Assembly: GCA_033809415.1 (NCBI GenBank)
Contig: JAPXLT010000001.1
Location: 1-43,632, forward strand
Reading direction: 5' to 3'
Source: Lentisphaeria bacterium
GTDB taxonomy: Bacteria; Verrucomicrobiota; Lentisphaeria; Oligosphaerales; Oligosphaeraceae
DNA length: 43,632 nucleotides
Positions within the stretch are counted from its first letter, which is position 1. Every line of letters begins with the position of its first letter. Below the pieces are notes generated by a model. That model saw nothing but the letters and a program-made list of their open reading frames with translations. It was not told the DNA's origin and did no database searches. This document shows positions 1-7,765 of this stretch, piece by piece. The translations under genes and the position numbers were made by a program.

Positions 1-2
1 GT

Positions 3-69
3 GCAGGGGGCAGGGGGCAGGGGGCAGGGGGCAGGGGGCAGGGGGCAGGGGGCAGGGGGCAGGGGGCAG
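3..69. repeat. Tandem heptamer array (GGGGGCA) with 9 G5 tracts; G-quadruplex-prone; truncated by window start
   Basis: Direct reading: nine GGGGG runs separated by CA from position 6 to 66, running straight into module A at 70. Confidence 0.95.
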
Positions 70-256
70 GTTTAAAAAGTGGCGCAACCGTCCCGGTTGT
101 GATGGTGTCTTTAGTCTTTTCCTGCTGAATGGCGTGGTGCAGGTGCGGGGGCAGGGTGCAGGGGGCAGGTTTAAAAAGTGGCGCAACCGTCTCGGTTGTG
201 ATGGTGTCTTTAGTCTTTTCCTGCTGAATGGCGTGGTGCAGGTGCGGGGGCAGGGC
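70..256 (+). repeat. Module A' (REP-like hairpin plus 3' extension) as a 99-nt tandem duplication (copies start at 70 and 169)
   Basis: GTTTAAAAAGTGGCGCAACCGTC[C/T]CGGTTGTGATGGTGTCTTTAGTCTTTTCCTGCTGAATGGCGTGGTGCAGGTGCGGGGGCAGGG occurs twice head-to-tail. I see one substitution (C/T in the hairpin loop). The second copy ends early. Confidence 0.9.
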
Positions 257-401
257 ACTACTCTTAACTTAACGCTTTGTAGCCACACCGACGACGCAAT
301 TCCGTAAAGCCGACCTTGGCGCTCTTGGCGTCTTGGCGGTTAATTCTTCTTCATTGAACCGCCAAGCAACCGGAGAAAGCAACAAACCAAACCGCAAATC
401 C

Positions 402-479
402 GCATGCCGTTTCATCTGTCAAAACAACAACCCTATAGAAAATTTTCGTGCCTTTTCGTGCTTTTCGTTGTTAAAAAAA
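402..479 (+). repeat. D element copy 1 (forward)
   Basis: GCATGCCGTTTCATCTGTCAAAACAACAACCCTATAGAAAATTTTCGTGCCTTTTCGTGCTTTTCGTTGTTAAAAAAA matches the family consensus. It ends 3 nt from the XRE gene stop codon. Confidence 0.9.
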
Positions 480-481
480 GC

Positions 482-1060
482 CTATCCTGGGAAACGCACG
501 ACCATCTGAAATTCGGATTTTCCAGTGGAGATGGTGGTGATCGCATGCGGCAGATCAGCCTCGAAAGCGAGAAAATCGCCTTTTCGCAGTTCAGCCTCAT
601 TGTTTCCGGCTTTGACTTTGATGCTGCCCTTCAGAACCGCGATCAATTCCTCGGTGCCAGGTAGATGCCCTGCCGAGTGATGGGTGCAGCCTGGTTCCTG
701 GGTGACATGATAGAACTCCAGCTCATTGGCCATGCTTACTGGCGATATCACCCGGAAAAGAGTGCCGCTCTGCTGGGTAACCAGGGAAGTGATTTGACTG
801 CCGCGGTTGACTTCAAACCGACGGTTGTCTTCAGAGCCGGATTGCAGCAATACCCCAAAGTCAATCCCCAATGCCTGAACGATTTTCCATAAAACCGCTA
901 CTGTCGGATTGACTTTGCCGGTCTCAATCTGTGAAAGCATCGCCTTCGATACCTGGCTTGCTTCCGACAACTCCTCTAGTGAGAGCTGCTTCCGTTTGCG
1001 TTCACGATGCAAATTGACCCCGATCTCGGGCAAAGCCGCTATTTCCGCATTCCTGTTCAT
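482..1060 (-). CDS. XRE-family HTH transcriptional regulator with C-terminal cupin domain
   Basis: 192-aa ORF. N-terminal XRE-type HTH (QLSLEELSEASQVSKAMLSQIETGKVNPTVAVLWKIVQALG). The C-terminal half looks like a cupin barrel (GTEELIAVLKGSIKVKAG...GDFLAFEADLPH). Confidence 0.85.
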   Translation of the reverse strand: MNRNAEIAALPEIGVNLHRERKRKQLSLEELSEASQVSKAMLSQIETGKVNPTVAVLWKIVQALGIDFGVLLQSGSEDNRRFEVNRGSQITSLVTQQSGTLFRVISPVSMANELEFYHVTQEPGCTHHSAGHLPGTEELIAVLKGSIKVKAGNNEAELRKGDFLAFEADLPHAITTISTGKSEFQMVVRFPG

Positions 1061-1172
1061 TATACTGAATGACTCCGTAAGGACATTTACTTAAACAAAG
1101 CCAACTGCTGTTTAATATAATGCAAGAAAAGTTTGTGTGGCCGAGGAACTGGGATAAAAAATAGGCAAGATG

Positions 1173-1640
1173 GGCGCAGATTTCCAAGGCCAGGAATCGC
1201 TATGACTTCGGGAATCCTGACGATTCCTATGATTCCTATGATTTCGTAATGGGTTAGTCTTCTGTAGTGCGTAGTGCGGGTCAGACGTGGTGGACAGTGT
1301 GGACAGTGTGGACAGTGTGGACAGGACAAGACCCTCCCCGCACCCCACGACAGTCAGAATAATCACAACCGGGACGGTTGCGCTACTTTTTAAACCTGCG
1401 CCCCCTGCACCCGTTCCCAACGCACTACGCACCACGCACTACGCACCCCATTCCCTTGAACCCTGTACTACAGAAGACTCCTGAGGCATTACATGATTTC
1501 TATGTTTCTGCATGATTCTTTATGATTCTGCTTGCAAATTCGTTTTTGCGGCACTATTTTTTCACCGTGGTTCAGAAATCATCTAGCCCCCACCCACCCA
1601 GGGGGCAAACCACCTTCGGTACGTGCGCGCGAGGCAGCCA
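1173..1640 (-). repeat. Module B copy 1 (reverse orientation), interrupted by MITE copy 1
   Basis: Segments 1173-1245 and 1493-1640 together align with module B at 11468-11644 and 25617-25796 (e.g. TTTTTGCGGCACTATTTTTTCACCGTGGTTCAGAAATCAT...CCCACCCAGGGGGC). Confidence 0.85.
1246..1492 (+). mobile_element. MITE (element E) copy 1, 247 bp, TIRs and 8-bp target-site duplication ATGATTTC
   Basis: Left end GTAATGGGTTAGTCTTCTGTAGT; reverse complement of right end GTAATGCCTCAGGAGTCTTCTGTAGT. ATGATTTC flanks it on both sides (1238-1245 and 1493-1500). Inside are a (GTGGACAGT)x4 array and a module A hairpin. No ORF. Confidence 0.85.
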
Positions 1641-1647
1641 GGCAACT

Positions 1648-1689
1648 GTCGGACAGGTCGGACGGGTCGGACGGGTCGGACAGGTCGGA
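1648..1689. repeat. Tandem 9-mer array (GTCGGACRG, about 4.5 units)
   Basis: GTCGGACAGGTCGGACGGGTCGGACGGGTCGGACAGGTCGG read directly. Confidence 0.9.
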
Positions 1690-1732
1690 TGACCATTCCC
1701 AACGCCCTGTCTCACCCCCTATCCCCTGGCGC

Positions 1733-1803
1733 ATCGCAACCGGGACGGTCGCGCCACCTTTTAAACCTGCCCCCTGCCCCCTGCCCCCTGCCCCCTGCAC
1801 CCT
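1733..1803 (-). repeat. Module A (reverse) followed by C-rich heptamer array (CCCCTGC)n, ending 12 nt before the MFS ATG
   Basis: ATCGCAACCGGGACGGTCGCGCCACCTTTTAAAC then CCTGCCCCCTGCCCCCTGCCCCCTGCCCCCTGCACCC. Confidence 0.9.
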
Positions 1804-1814
1804 TTTTAGAAGAC

Positions 1815-3032
1815 ATGTACACAAGTTACTGGAAACGTAATTTATTCGTCATTTTCCTTTCGCAGTTTCTGGCCATGGTTGGCTTTGGCTGCTGCATGCC
1901 CTTCATTCCCCTTCTCCTGAAAAATCATCTGCACATTGACAGTGAGCAGCTCCGGGGGCTCTATGTATCCATCTATTCCCTGACGGGGCTGCTCAGCCTG
2001 ACTGTCGCCTACCCATTCTGGGGAACTCTGGCAGATAAGTACGGACGGAAAATCATGCTGCTCCGCGCCAGTTATGCGGCCGGTCTTCTCTATCCCCTGC
2101 TTGCCTTTGCAGGCAACTTCTGGTGGCTTCTGGGCATCCGCTTTTTCACCTCTTTCTTCTCCGGCACCGTCAATCCTGCGCAGACCCTCCTCGTGGCAAC
2201 CACCCCGAAAGACAAGCACGGCCTCGCACTGGGGCTTTTGAGCACCTGCATCTGGAGCGGGGATGTCACGGGATACCTTGCAGGCGGTCTGATGGTGGAT
2301 TACTTTGGCTACAAGGTCGCTTTCCTCTCCTGCGGATTTTTCTATATCCTAGGCGGAGTGCTTGTCCATCTGTTCGTTCAGGAAGACTTTGTTCCGCCTC
2401 CCAAAAAAGCGCCCGTCCCCAAAGCCAAGTCCGACTCGAAATACAAATTCTGGCAAACTGCCACACCGGCAGTGCTGTGGATCTGCGCATTCTTTCTCCT
2501 TATGGGCATTGCACGGCGCATTGACACTCCCTTTGTCGCCATGCTGGTGGAAAAGGTCAATGGCGCCGACAGGGCGGCAACCTACACCGGAATCACCAGC
2601 GCATTCGCGGCCGTTGGCGGCATTATCGCCGGTCTGGTCATCGGACGCCTTTGCGATACCATTGCCCCCCGCAAGCTTCTCCTGCCCATCCTTGTCTCGA
2701 GCGGACTATTTACGCTTGGTCAAGCCTTCGCCCAGTCCCTGCATGCCCTTATTCTCTGCCGCTTCCTGACCTATATGGCAGCCGCAGGACTGCAGCCCGT
2801 TCTCCAAGTAATGCTCACAAAAGTCACCGCTCCGGAAAAACAGGGAACTTTCTTCGGATGGACCGCCAGCCTTACCAGCGCAGGCGGTGTCCTTTGCAAC
2901 CTGCTCAGCGGTGGACTTGCCTACTATGTGGGCGTACGCGGTGTCTTTGCCGCTGGTGGACTCACCTTCCTGCTTATGATCCCACTGCTCATTCCCTTCC
3001 AGCGAGCCTATCGCAAAGAATACCGCAACTAA
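1815..3032 (+). CDS. MFS transporter
   Basis: Track ORF 1623-3032 trimmed to the first in-frame ATG after the repeat array; the upstream 64 codons are repeat-encoded low complexity. About 12 hydrophobic segments, and an MFS loop 2-3-like motif GTLADKYGRKIMLL. Start is uncertain and no SD is visible. Confidence 0.8.
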   Translation: MYTSYWKRNLFVIFLSQFLAMVGFGCCMPFIPLLLKNHLHIDSEQLRGLYVSIYSLTGLLSLTVAYPFWGTLADKYGRKIMLLRASYAAGLLYPLLAFAGNFWWLLGIRFFTSFFSGTVNPAQTLLVATTPKDKHGLALGLLSTCIWSGDVTGYLAGGLMVDYFGYKVAFLSCGFFYILGGVLVHLFVQEDFVPPPKKAPVPKAKSDSKYKFWQTATPAVLWICAFFLLMGIARRIDTPFVAMLVEKVNGADRAATYTGITSAFAAVGGIIAGLVIGRLCDTIAPRKLLLPILVSSGLFTLGQAFAQSLHALILCRFLTYMAAAGLQPVLQVMLTKVTAPEKQGTFFGWTASLTSAGGVLCNLLSGGLAYYVGVRGVFAAGGLTFLLMIPLLIPFQRAYRKEYRN

Positions 3033-3081
3033 CACCAACACGAGTGAAAATTGCACCGCTTTGTGACCAGTCGCGCAAAAG

Positions 3082-3326
3082 GTAATGGGTTAGTCTTCTG
3101 TAGTGCGGTGTGCGTGGTGCGGGTCAGACGTGGTGGACGGTGTGGACGTTGTGGACGTTGTGGACAGGACAAGAACATCCCCCCGCATCCCACGACAGTC
3201 AGAATAATCACAACCGGGACGGTTGCGCTACTTTTTAAACCAGCGCCCTCCCCCCTCGTACCCGTTCCCAACGCACTACGCACCACATTCCCCTGAACCC
3301 TGTACTACAGAAGACTGAGGCATTAC
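3082..3326 (+). mobile_element. MITE (element E) copy 2, 245 bp, same orientation as copy 1
   Basis: Left end GTAATGGGTTAGTCTTCTGTAGT; reverse complement of right end GTAATGCCTCAGTCTTCTGTAGT (20/23 TIR). Flanks are CGCAAAAG and TGCAAAAG (7/8 TSD). The internal 9-mer array is GTGGACGKT instead of GTGGACAGT. Confidence 0.85.
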
Positions 3327-3434
3327 TGCAAAAGTCCCTTTATGCGGTCACTAGTCTGGTTCTTTTGGGGAAAAGATATTATATTATATTTTAGCGTTTT
3401 TCTAACAACAAACTAAAAATAGGAGACTGAAAAT

Positions 3435-4205
3435 ATGAAATGCGGATTGGCTTGCGAACGTTGTAAGTTCTTTACATTAATAGAGTTGCTTGTGGTCATA
3501 GCGATCATTGCCATATTGGCCTCGATGCTGCTGCCGGCTTTGAGCAAGGCTCGGGAGAAGGCACAGGCGACTTCCTGCATGGGGAATATACGTCAAATCG
3601 GCTTGGCTCAGAGTGCCTATCTGAGCGATTCCGGCGATATTTTTGCGCCAAACAGGGATCGGAGCAACGGCTCGACAAATATCAATACGTATACATCAAC
3701 GTGGTATGTGCTTTATGCACCCTACCTGGGGCTGACTGAGCAAGCGGCACGTTATCCTGTGCGCGGTTTGGTGTTGACCTGCCCAAGAATGCCGCGCTAT
3801 GTCGGAGGGCATTACAATGTCAGCTATGCCTATAATTGTGAAGCCTTCGGGGAGGCCGGCGTGACTTCAAAGAGCAATTACGGTTTGACCTGGTACTGGC
3901 CGAGGCTGCTCGAGAAGATCAAACGCCCGTCCATGCAGGCGACCCATGCAGATGCCTGCTGGTCCAATTCCACTGAGGATTATCGCACTCGCGGACGATA
4001 TATGCTGGACTATCAGGATTATCTTGCATTCCGACACAGCCGGAAAGCGAATGCGCTTTATGTGGATGGCCATGCCGAACCCGGCGATGCAGTCTGGCTC
4101 TGGCAGGGACACCCTGCCAGCTATCCCTGGAATATCTGTGGTCGCAATCGTGCTTGGTATGCGTATCCCGGTCGCAAGGCCTGGGAAGTGGCATATGGCT
4201 ATTAA
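3435..4205 (+). CDS. Prepilin-type N-terminal cleavage/methylation domain protein (T2SS pseudopilin-like, DUF1559 / H-X9-DG type)
   Basis: AGGAG RBS about 8 nt upstream. [31 protein letters not shown] prepilin motif. C-terminal H-X9-DG ([12 protein letters not shown]). Confidence 0.85.
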   Translation: MKCGLACERCKFFTLIELLVVIAIIAILASMLLPALSKAREKAQATSCMGNIRQIGLAQSAYLSDSGDIFAPNRDRSNGSTNINTYTSTWYVLYAPYLGLTEQAARYPVRGLVLTCPRMPRYVGGHYNVSYAYNCEAFGEAGVTSKSNYGLTWYWPRLLEKIKRPSMQATHADACWSNSTEDYRTRGRYMLDYQDYLAFRHSRKANALYVDGHAEPGDAVWLWQGHPASYPWNICGRNRAWYAYPGRKAWEVAYGY

Positions 4206-4208
4206 TCC

Positions 4209-4283
4209 GAGGGTCTCCCATCCGTCTGAGCAACAACCCTATATAAAATTTCGTGTTTTTTCGTGTGTTTCGTGGTTAAAAAA
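4209..4283 (+). repeat. D element copy 2 (forward)
   Basis: GAGGGTCTCCCATCCGTCTGAGCAACAACCCTATATAAAATTTCGTGTTTTTTCGTGTGTTTCGTGGTTAAAAAA. Starts 4 nt after the pseudopilin stop. Confidence 0.9.
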
Positions 4284-4328
4284 TCTTTCCTTGCGTAATC
4301 ACGAGTCTCTAACGTAAAATGAGGTGTC

Positions 4329-6791
4329 ATGCTGAAGAAAATCCTGCTTCCCTTTGTTTGTCTGTCCGCATTTTTTTCACAAGCGGCCATTGATAATCCG
4401 GCATTGAATCCGGTCGAGATCAAGGAACCGCGGCAACATGCCGCATTGAATCTGATTCAGGACGGCAAAGCCTCGCTGCTGATTGTTGCAGATATGCGTC
4501 CGGAGGGAAAGCTGCTTGGCAGTCAACGCTCCGTCAGCAAATCCGTGCAGGCGCTTCAGGAGGCGTTTCAGCGTTGCGCGGGAATTCAGGTGCCGGTCTG
4601 CCTGCCGGAAGAAGTTTCTTCACAGTCGTATGATTTTCTGATTGCCTTAGGGGATACGCCGCAGGCCGCAGCCCTTGGCTTGGACCCGAGGAAATTGCCG
4701 AAAGAGGGTTTTGCGGTTTGCAGTTATGACAGGGGGATTGTCATCACCGGGAATGACGGCAGTTTGTTTCCCGACTGCTATGAAAAAGGCGACTGGTACC
4801 GTTTCCGGATCAATGGAACACTGTACGGCACGTATGACTTTATCGAACGTTTCCTGGGTGTACGCTATTATTTCCCCGGCATCGGAACGATTTTCCCGCC
4901 GATACGGAATTTGACTCTGGAACCGCTGTATTATCTGGATGCACCCTATTTTGAAAACCGCATGACGCACGCAGTGGCAGTGGCCACGGCCAAAAAGACG
5001 CACTGGCCGGAATTCGGAGCATACGAAGCCGCTGACTGGGAAGGGCGCTATCGCATGGCGTTGAGTACAAGGTACTGGGCCGGGCATGGCCCCAATCCGC
5101 AGAGTCTGGCAGATGCGTACCCGGATAAACTCGATACCATATTCTACCGGGATCAAGCCGGCTATCTGTATTACAATACCAAACAGCATATCGGCAATTA
5201 TTTTGATGTCAGCAACCTGAAATTTGTTGATATCCTGATGGACAGCATAAAACGTTACTATGAAAGCGAAGGCAAAGACAATACCGGCTGGAAAGGAATC
5301 CCGGGACCCAATCGGGATTGGATTTATTTTGGCCAGTGCGATACGCTGGTGCGCAATATGGACACCCCATCCATCCGGGAAAACAACCTGATTTCGCAGG
5401 AAAAACGGGGTGAACGCAACAATGAACTATCCGATGTCTATGCCCGTTTTCACATCCATTTGGCTGAGGAAATTGCACGGCAGTATCCCGGCAAGCGCCT
5501 GTCTTTGATGCCGTATCATAATTATGTGCTGCCGCCGCAGCGTCCGGAATACCGTAAGTGTCCGGATAATATCGATCTGCGTGTCTGTGTCTCCGACTTT
5601 CCCCGCTACAATTGCAATCCGGAAAAGGTCGCATACTGGAAGAATTTCCTGAAAGAATGGTCGGATGTGCTGGGGGGACGCCCTGTGGCTTCCCTATGGT
5701 TGTACAATGAACCGCTGAACCTTTTCGGACGAGCCATCGTTGGACGATATATCGCCGATATCCCCAAACAAATGGGCGCCTATCTCGGACGCCTTGAACT
5801 CTATTTCGATTTATGGGGCGGACACGATTGGGAATATTTCTATACGCACTATCTGGTCTGGCGCAGCATGTGGAATCCAAATTTCAATCAGGACGCAGCT
5901 TTGAACGAAATGTGGCAGCTGCTTTTTGGCGCCGCAGCCAAACCGGTGGCGGAATTCTACCAGCTGCTCTGCGAACGCTGGGAAAATGTCATGTGCAAGG
6001 ATGGGGATCGCAAAATTGCTTATAACAGCACTGTTCTTGACCGGATGGAAGCCCTGCTGCAACAGGCCGCTTCAGCTGTACCGACGGATTCCTTGGAAGC
6101 ACGCAGGCTGAGTGTTTTCAACAAACCCTGGGCGCAGGCTATCAAAGAGGCGCGCGGCATTCTGGCTTTCAGCAAACCAAATTACAAGGTTGTGAAAGTG
6201 ATTCCGGATCAGGAACCGGTCATCGACGGCCGGATTCAAGAACCTGTTTGGCAGACGGCTCGTGAAATGCGCTTCGAGGATGTCAAAGGTGCCGGAGAGG
6301 CGCCAAAACAGCCTGTCATGGCACGGCTGCTCTGGGATGCCCAGGCACTTTACGGTTGCTTTCAATTCAGCGGAAAAAGTGCACGCAATCCGGAACAGTC
6401 CATCTGGAATAACGACTCCCTCGAGGTGTTTCTTTCGCCGGCACTTTCACAGAGTGAATATTTTCAATATGTGATTTCATCGACCAATGAGACATTTATC
6501 GGGCAGAGGACGCTATTGCCGGTTGCGACGCCATATTCGAAGGATTTCCCCGCGCCGAAATTCCGGTCTGCGGTGCAAGCCGATGAGACGGGCTGGACAT
6601 TGGAATGGAGCATCTCCTGGGCTGACCTGAAAACCGATCCCCCTGCCGATTACGATAGCTGGTTCGGAAATTTTATTGTCAACCGGCTCGGCGATATCCG
6701 GGAAGTCGTCAGCTATTCAATGACTCTGGGCAACAATCATAATGTCGAACAATTCGGCTTCCTGAAATTTCTGGGCGCTGGAGATCGATGA
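4329..6791 (+). CDS. Secreted DUF4838-like protein with C-terminal carbohydrate-binding (CBM9-like) domain
   Basis: GAGGTG RBS. Signal peptide MLKKILLPFVCLSAFFSQAA. Motif YDFIERFLGVRYYFPG resembles what I recall of DUF4838 proteins. C-terminus VIDGRIQEPVWQTA...WDAQALYGCF...NDSLEVFLSP resembles CBM9. Family assignment is from memory. Confidence 0.65.
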   Translation: MLKKILLPFVCLSAFFSQAAIDNPALNPVEIKEPRQHAALNLIQDGKASLLIVADMRPEGKLLGSQRSVSKSVQALQEAFQRCAGIQVPVCLPEEVSSQSYDFLIALGDTPQAAALGLDPRKLPKEGFAVCSYDRGIVITGNDGSLFPDCYEKGDWYRFRINGTLYGTYDFIERFLGVRYYFPGIGTIFPPIRNLTLEPLYYLDAPYFENRMTHAVAVATAKKTHWPEFGAYEAADWEGRYRMALSTRYWAGHGPNPQSLADAYPDKLDTIFYRDQAGYLYYNTKQHIGNYFDVSNLKFVDILMDSIKRYYESEGKDNTGWKGIPGPNRDWIYFGQCDTLVRNMDTPSIRENNLISQEKRGERNNELSDVYARFHIHLAEEIARQYPGKRLSLMPYHNYVLPPQRPEYRKCPDNIDLRVCVSDFPRYNCNPEKVAYWKNFLKEWSDVLGGRPVASLWLYNEPLNLFGRAIVGRYIADIPKQMGAYLGRLELYFDLWGGHDWEYFYTHYLVWRSMWNPNFNQDAALNEMWQLLFGAAAKPVAEFYQLLCERWENVMCKDGDRKIAYNSTVLDRMEALLQQAASAVPTDSLEARRLSVFNKPWAQAIKEARGILAFSKPNYKVVKVIPDQEPVIDGRIQEPVWQTAREMRFEDVKGAGEAPKQPVMARLLWDAQALYGCFQFSGKSARNPEQSIWNNDSLEVFLSPALSQSEYFQYVISSTNETFIGQRTLLPVATPYSKDFPAPKFRSAVQADETGWTLEWSISWADLKTDPPADYDSWFGNFIVNRLGDIREVVSYSMTLGNNHNVEQFGFLKFLGAGDR

Positions 6792-7660
6792 TGAAACGCA
6801 GAGCCAACTTGATATGCCTGCTTGCCTTCATGGTCAAAGCAACCGTGCTTTTTGCTGCTCCCCCGCAATCAGAAATCATATCCTATCCGATTTACAAGCC
6901 GGAAACCGTTGCGGACAGCCGCTGCGTCAGCCTTTCCAACGACCTCAACCGCTATGTCCTTAAATTTATTGAATTCCATCCCGGCGGGCGGAACCCGGGC
7001 AGTTTCGAAATTCGCCTCCGGGAACCCTCCGTGTATTACAGTTTTTCCAGACCAATCAGCGACTTCATCAATCTGCAAGTGGATTCCTTGCCCATGCGCA
7101 AATTGTCACCGGATTTCAAGGCGATGACGCTTTTCCAAGATGAGCAACAAGCCGGCGTGACGATGCCGTTGAATTTCGGCGGAAAAAGAATCCTGTTGCA
7201 TTTTTATGTTCGTTCCGGCAGCCCGTTTCTGTTTGGACGCATTGAAAACCCTTCCGGCAAGGAATTGGGTTGTGTTCAGGTCGTTTTCAAGGCCTGCATT
7301 TCGAAGTTTGCCGGCCACAAGCCGGTATATCAGCGGCAAGCGCAAAGCGCCGCAAGGCAGCTGTCGCAGCAGCCCGAACCGCAGAACCTGCAACCCGATG
7401 ACCAATACTTGATCTTGGCGGATGAAAAGATTCAGCCGCCCGCAGACCCGGATGCGGTGGGACCATGCCTCTTGCAATGGAGCCATGCCGAGGTGCAAAA
7501 AGGCACGCTGAAACTGCAAAATCAGTATCAAACACGCATCGAATTTGAACTGAAATCCGCCTTCCAAAAATTCGAATTCGCCTTGCTGGAAAGCAAAAGA
7601 CCGCGCTCCAACCAGGAATTTTACAACTACGCCAAAGAATTCCTAAAACCTTTCCCATGA
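6788..7660 (+). CDS. Hypothetical secreted protein, translationally coupled to the upstream gene
   Basis: ATGA start/stop overlap at 6788-6791. Signal-peptide-like N-terminus (ANLICLLAFMVKATVLFAAPP). I recognise no domain. Confidence 0.55.
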   Translation: MMKRRANLICLLAFMVKATVLFAAPPQSEIISYPIYKPETVADSRCVSLSNDLNRYVLKFIEFHPGGRNPGSFEIRLREPSVYYSFSRPISDFINLQVDSLPMRKLSPDFKAMTLFQDEQQAGVTMPLNFGGKRILLHFYVRSGSPFLFGRIENPSGKELGCVQVVFKACISKFAGHKPVYQRQAQSAARQLSQQPEPQNLQPDDQYLILADEKIQPPADPDAVGPCLLQWSHAEVQKGTLKLQNQYQTRIEFELKSAFQKFEFALLESKRPRSNQEFYNYAKEFLKPFP

Positions 7661-7765
7661 AATTTTTTCGTATCACTCGATTTCTTCTTTTTTGGGAAAG
7701 ATTTTCCTGAAAAGCAATATCCAAGTCATTGGCACGCAAATCTTTTAAGGTACTGCCAATTCCTG

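Noticed and set aside
70-256. Possible mini-CRISPR: module A is about 36 nt, contains a hairpin, starts GTTT... and occurs twice at 99-nt spacing.
   Set aside because: There are only two regularly spaced copies, and the 'spacers' are identical to each other, so this is a tandem duplication. Other copies are dispersed singly and in both orientations, and no cas genes are present. REP-like is the better description.
332-366. The hairpin CTTGGCGGTT-N15-AACCGCCAAG, preceded by three CTTGGCG direct repeats (315-338).
   Set aside because: It is a single occurrence with no U-tract on either strand, and it lies between repeat blocks with no adjacent gene end. It may be one more repeat fragment, and I cannot support a function.
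402-479. D elements encode similar peptides (MP[FSA]HPS[KE]QQPYKKFSCLFVLFVVKN...) in the ORF track (404-664, 7822-8097, 15079-15288, 40191-40898, 42267-42929).
   Set aside because: Start codons vary (ATG, GTG or TTG). There is no consistent stop and no RBS. Copies occur in both orientations, often overlapping real gene ends, and indels between copies break the frame. Conservation is at the nucleotide level.
1623-1814. Long N-terminal extensions in the ORF track for the MFS transporter (1623), ppdK (8300), the second pseudopilin (19201), the GspL-like gene (26211), the secretin (29381), the ATPase (32123), psd (40319) and the FAD oxidoreductase (42197).
   Set aside because: The extensions start at GTG or TTG, or run through repeat modules or leader hairpins, and add low-complexity residues. 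Downstream in-frame ATGs fit family N-termini, RBS positions, or both. Exact starts remain uncertain for the MFS, ATPase and psd genes.
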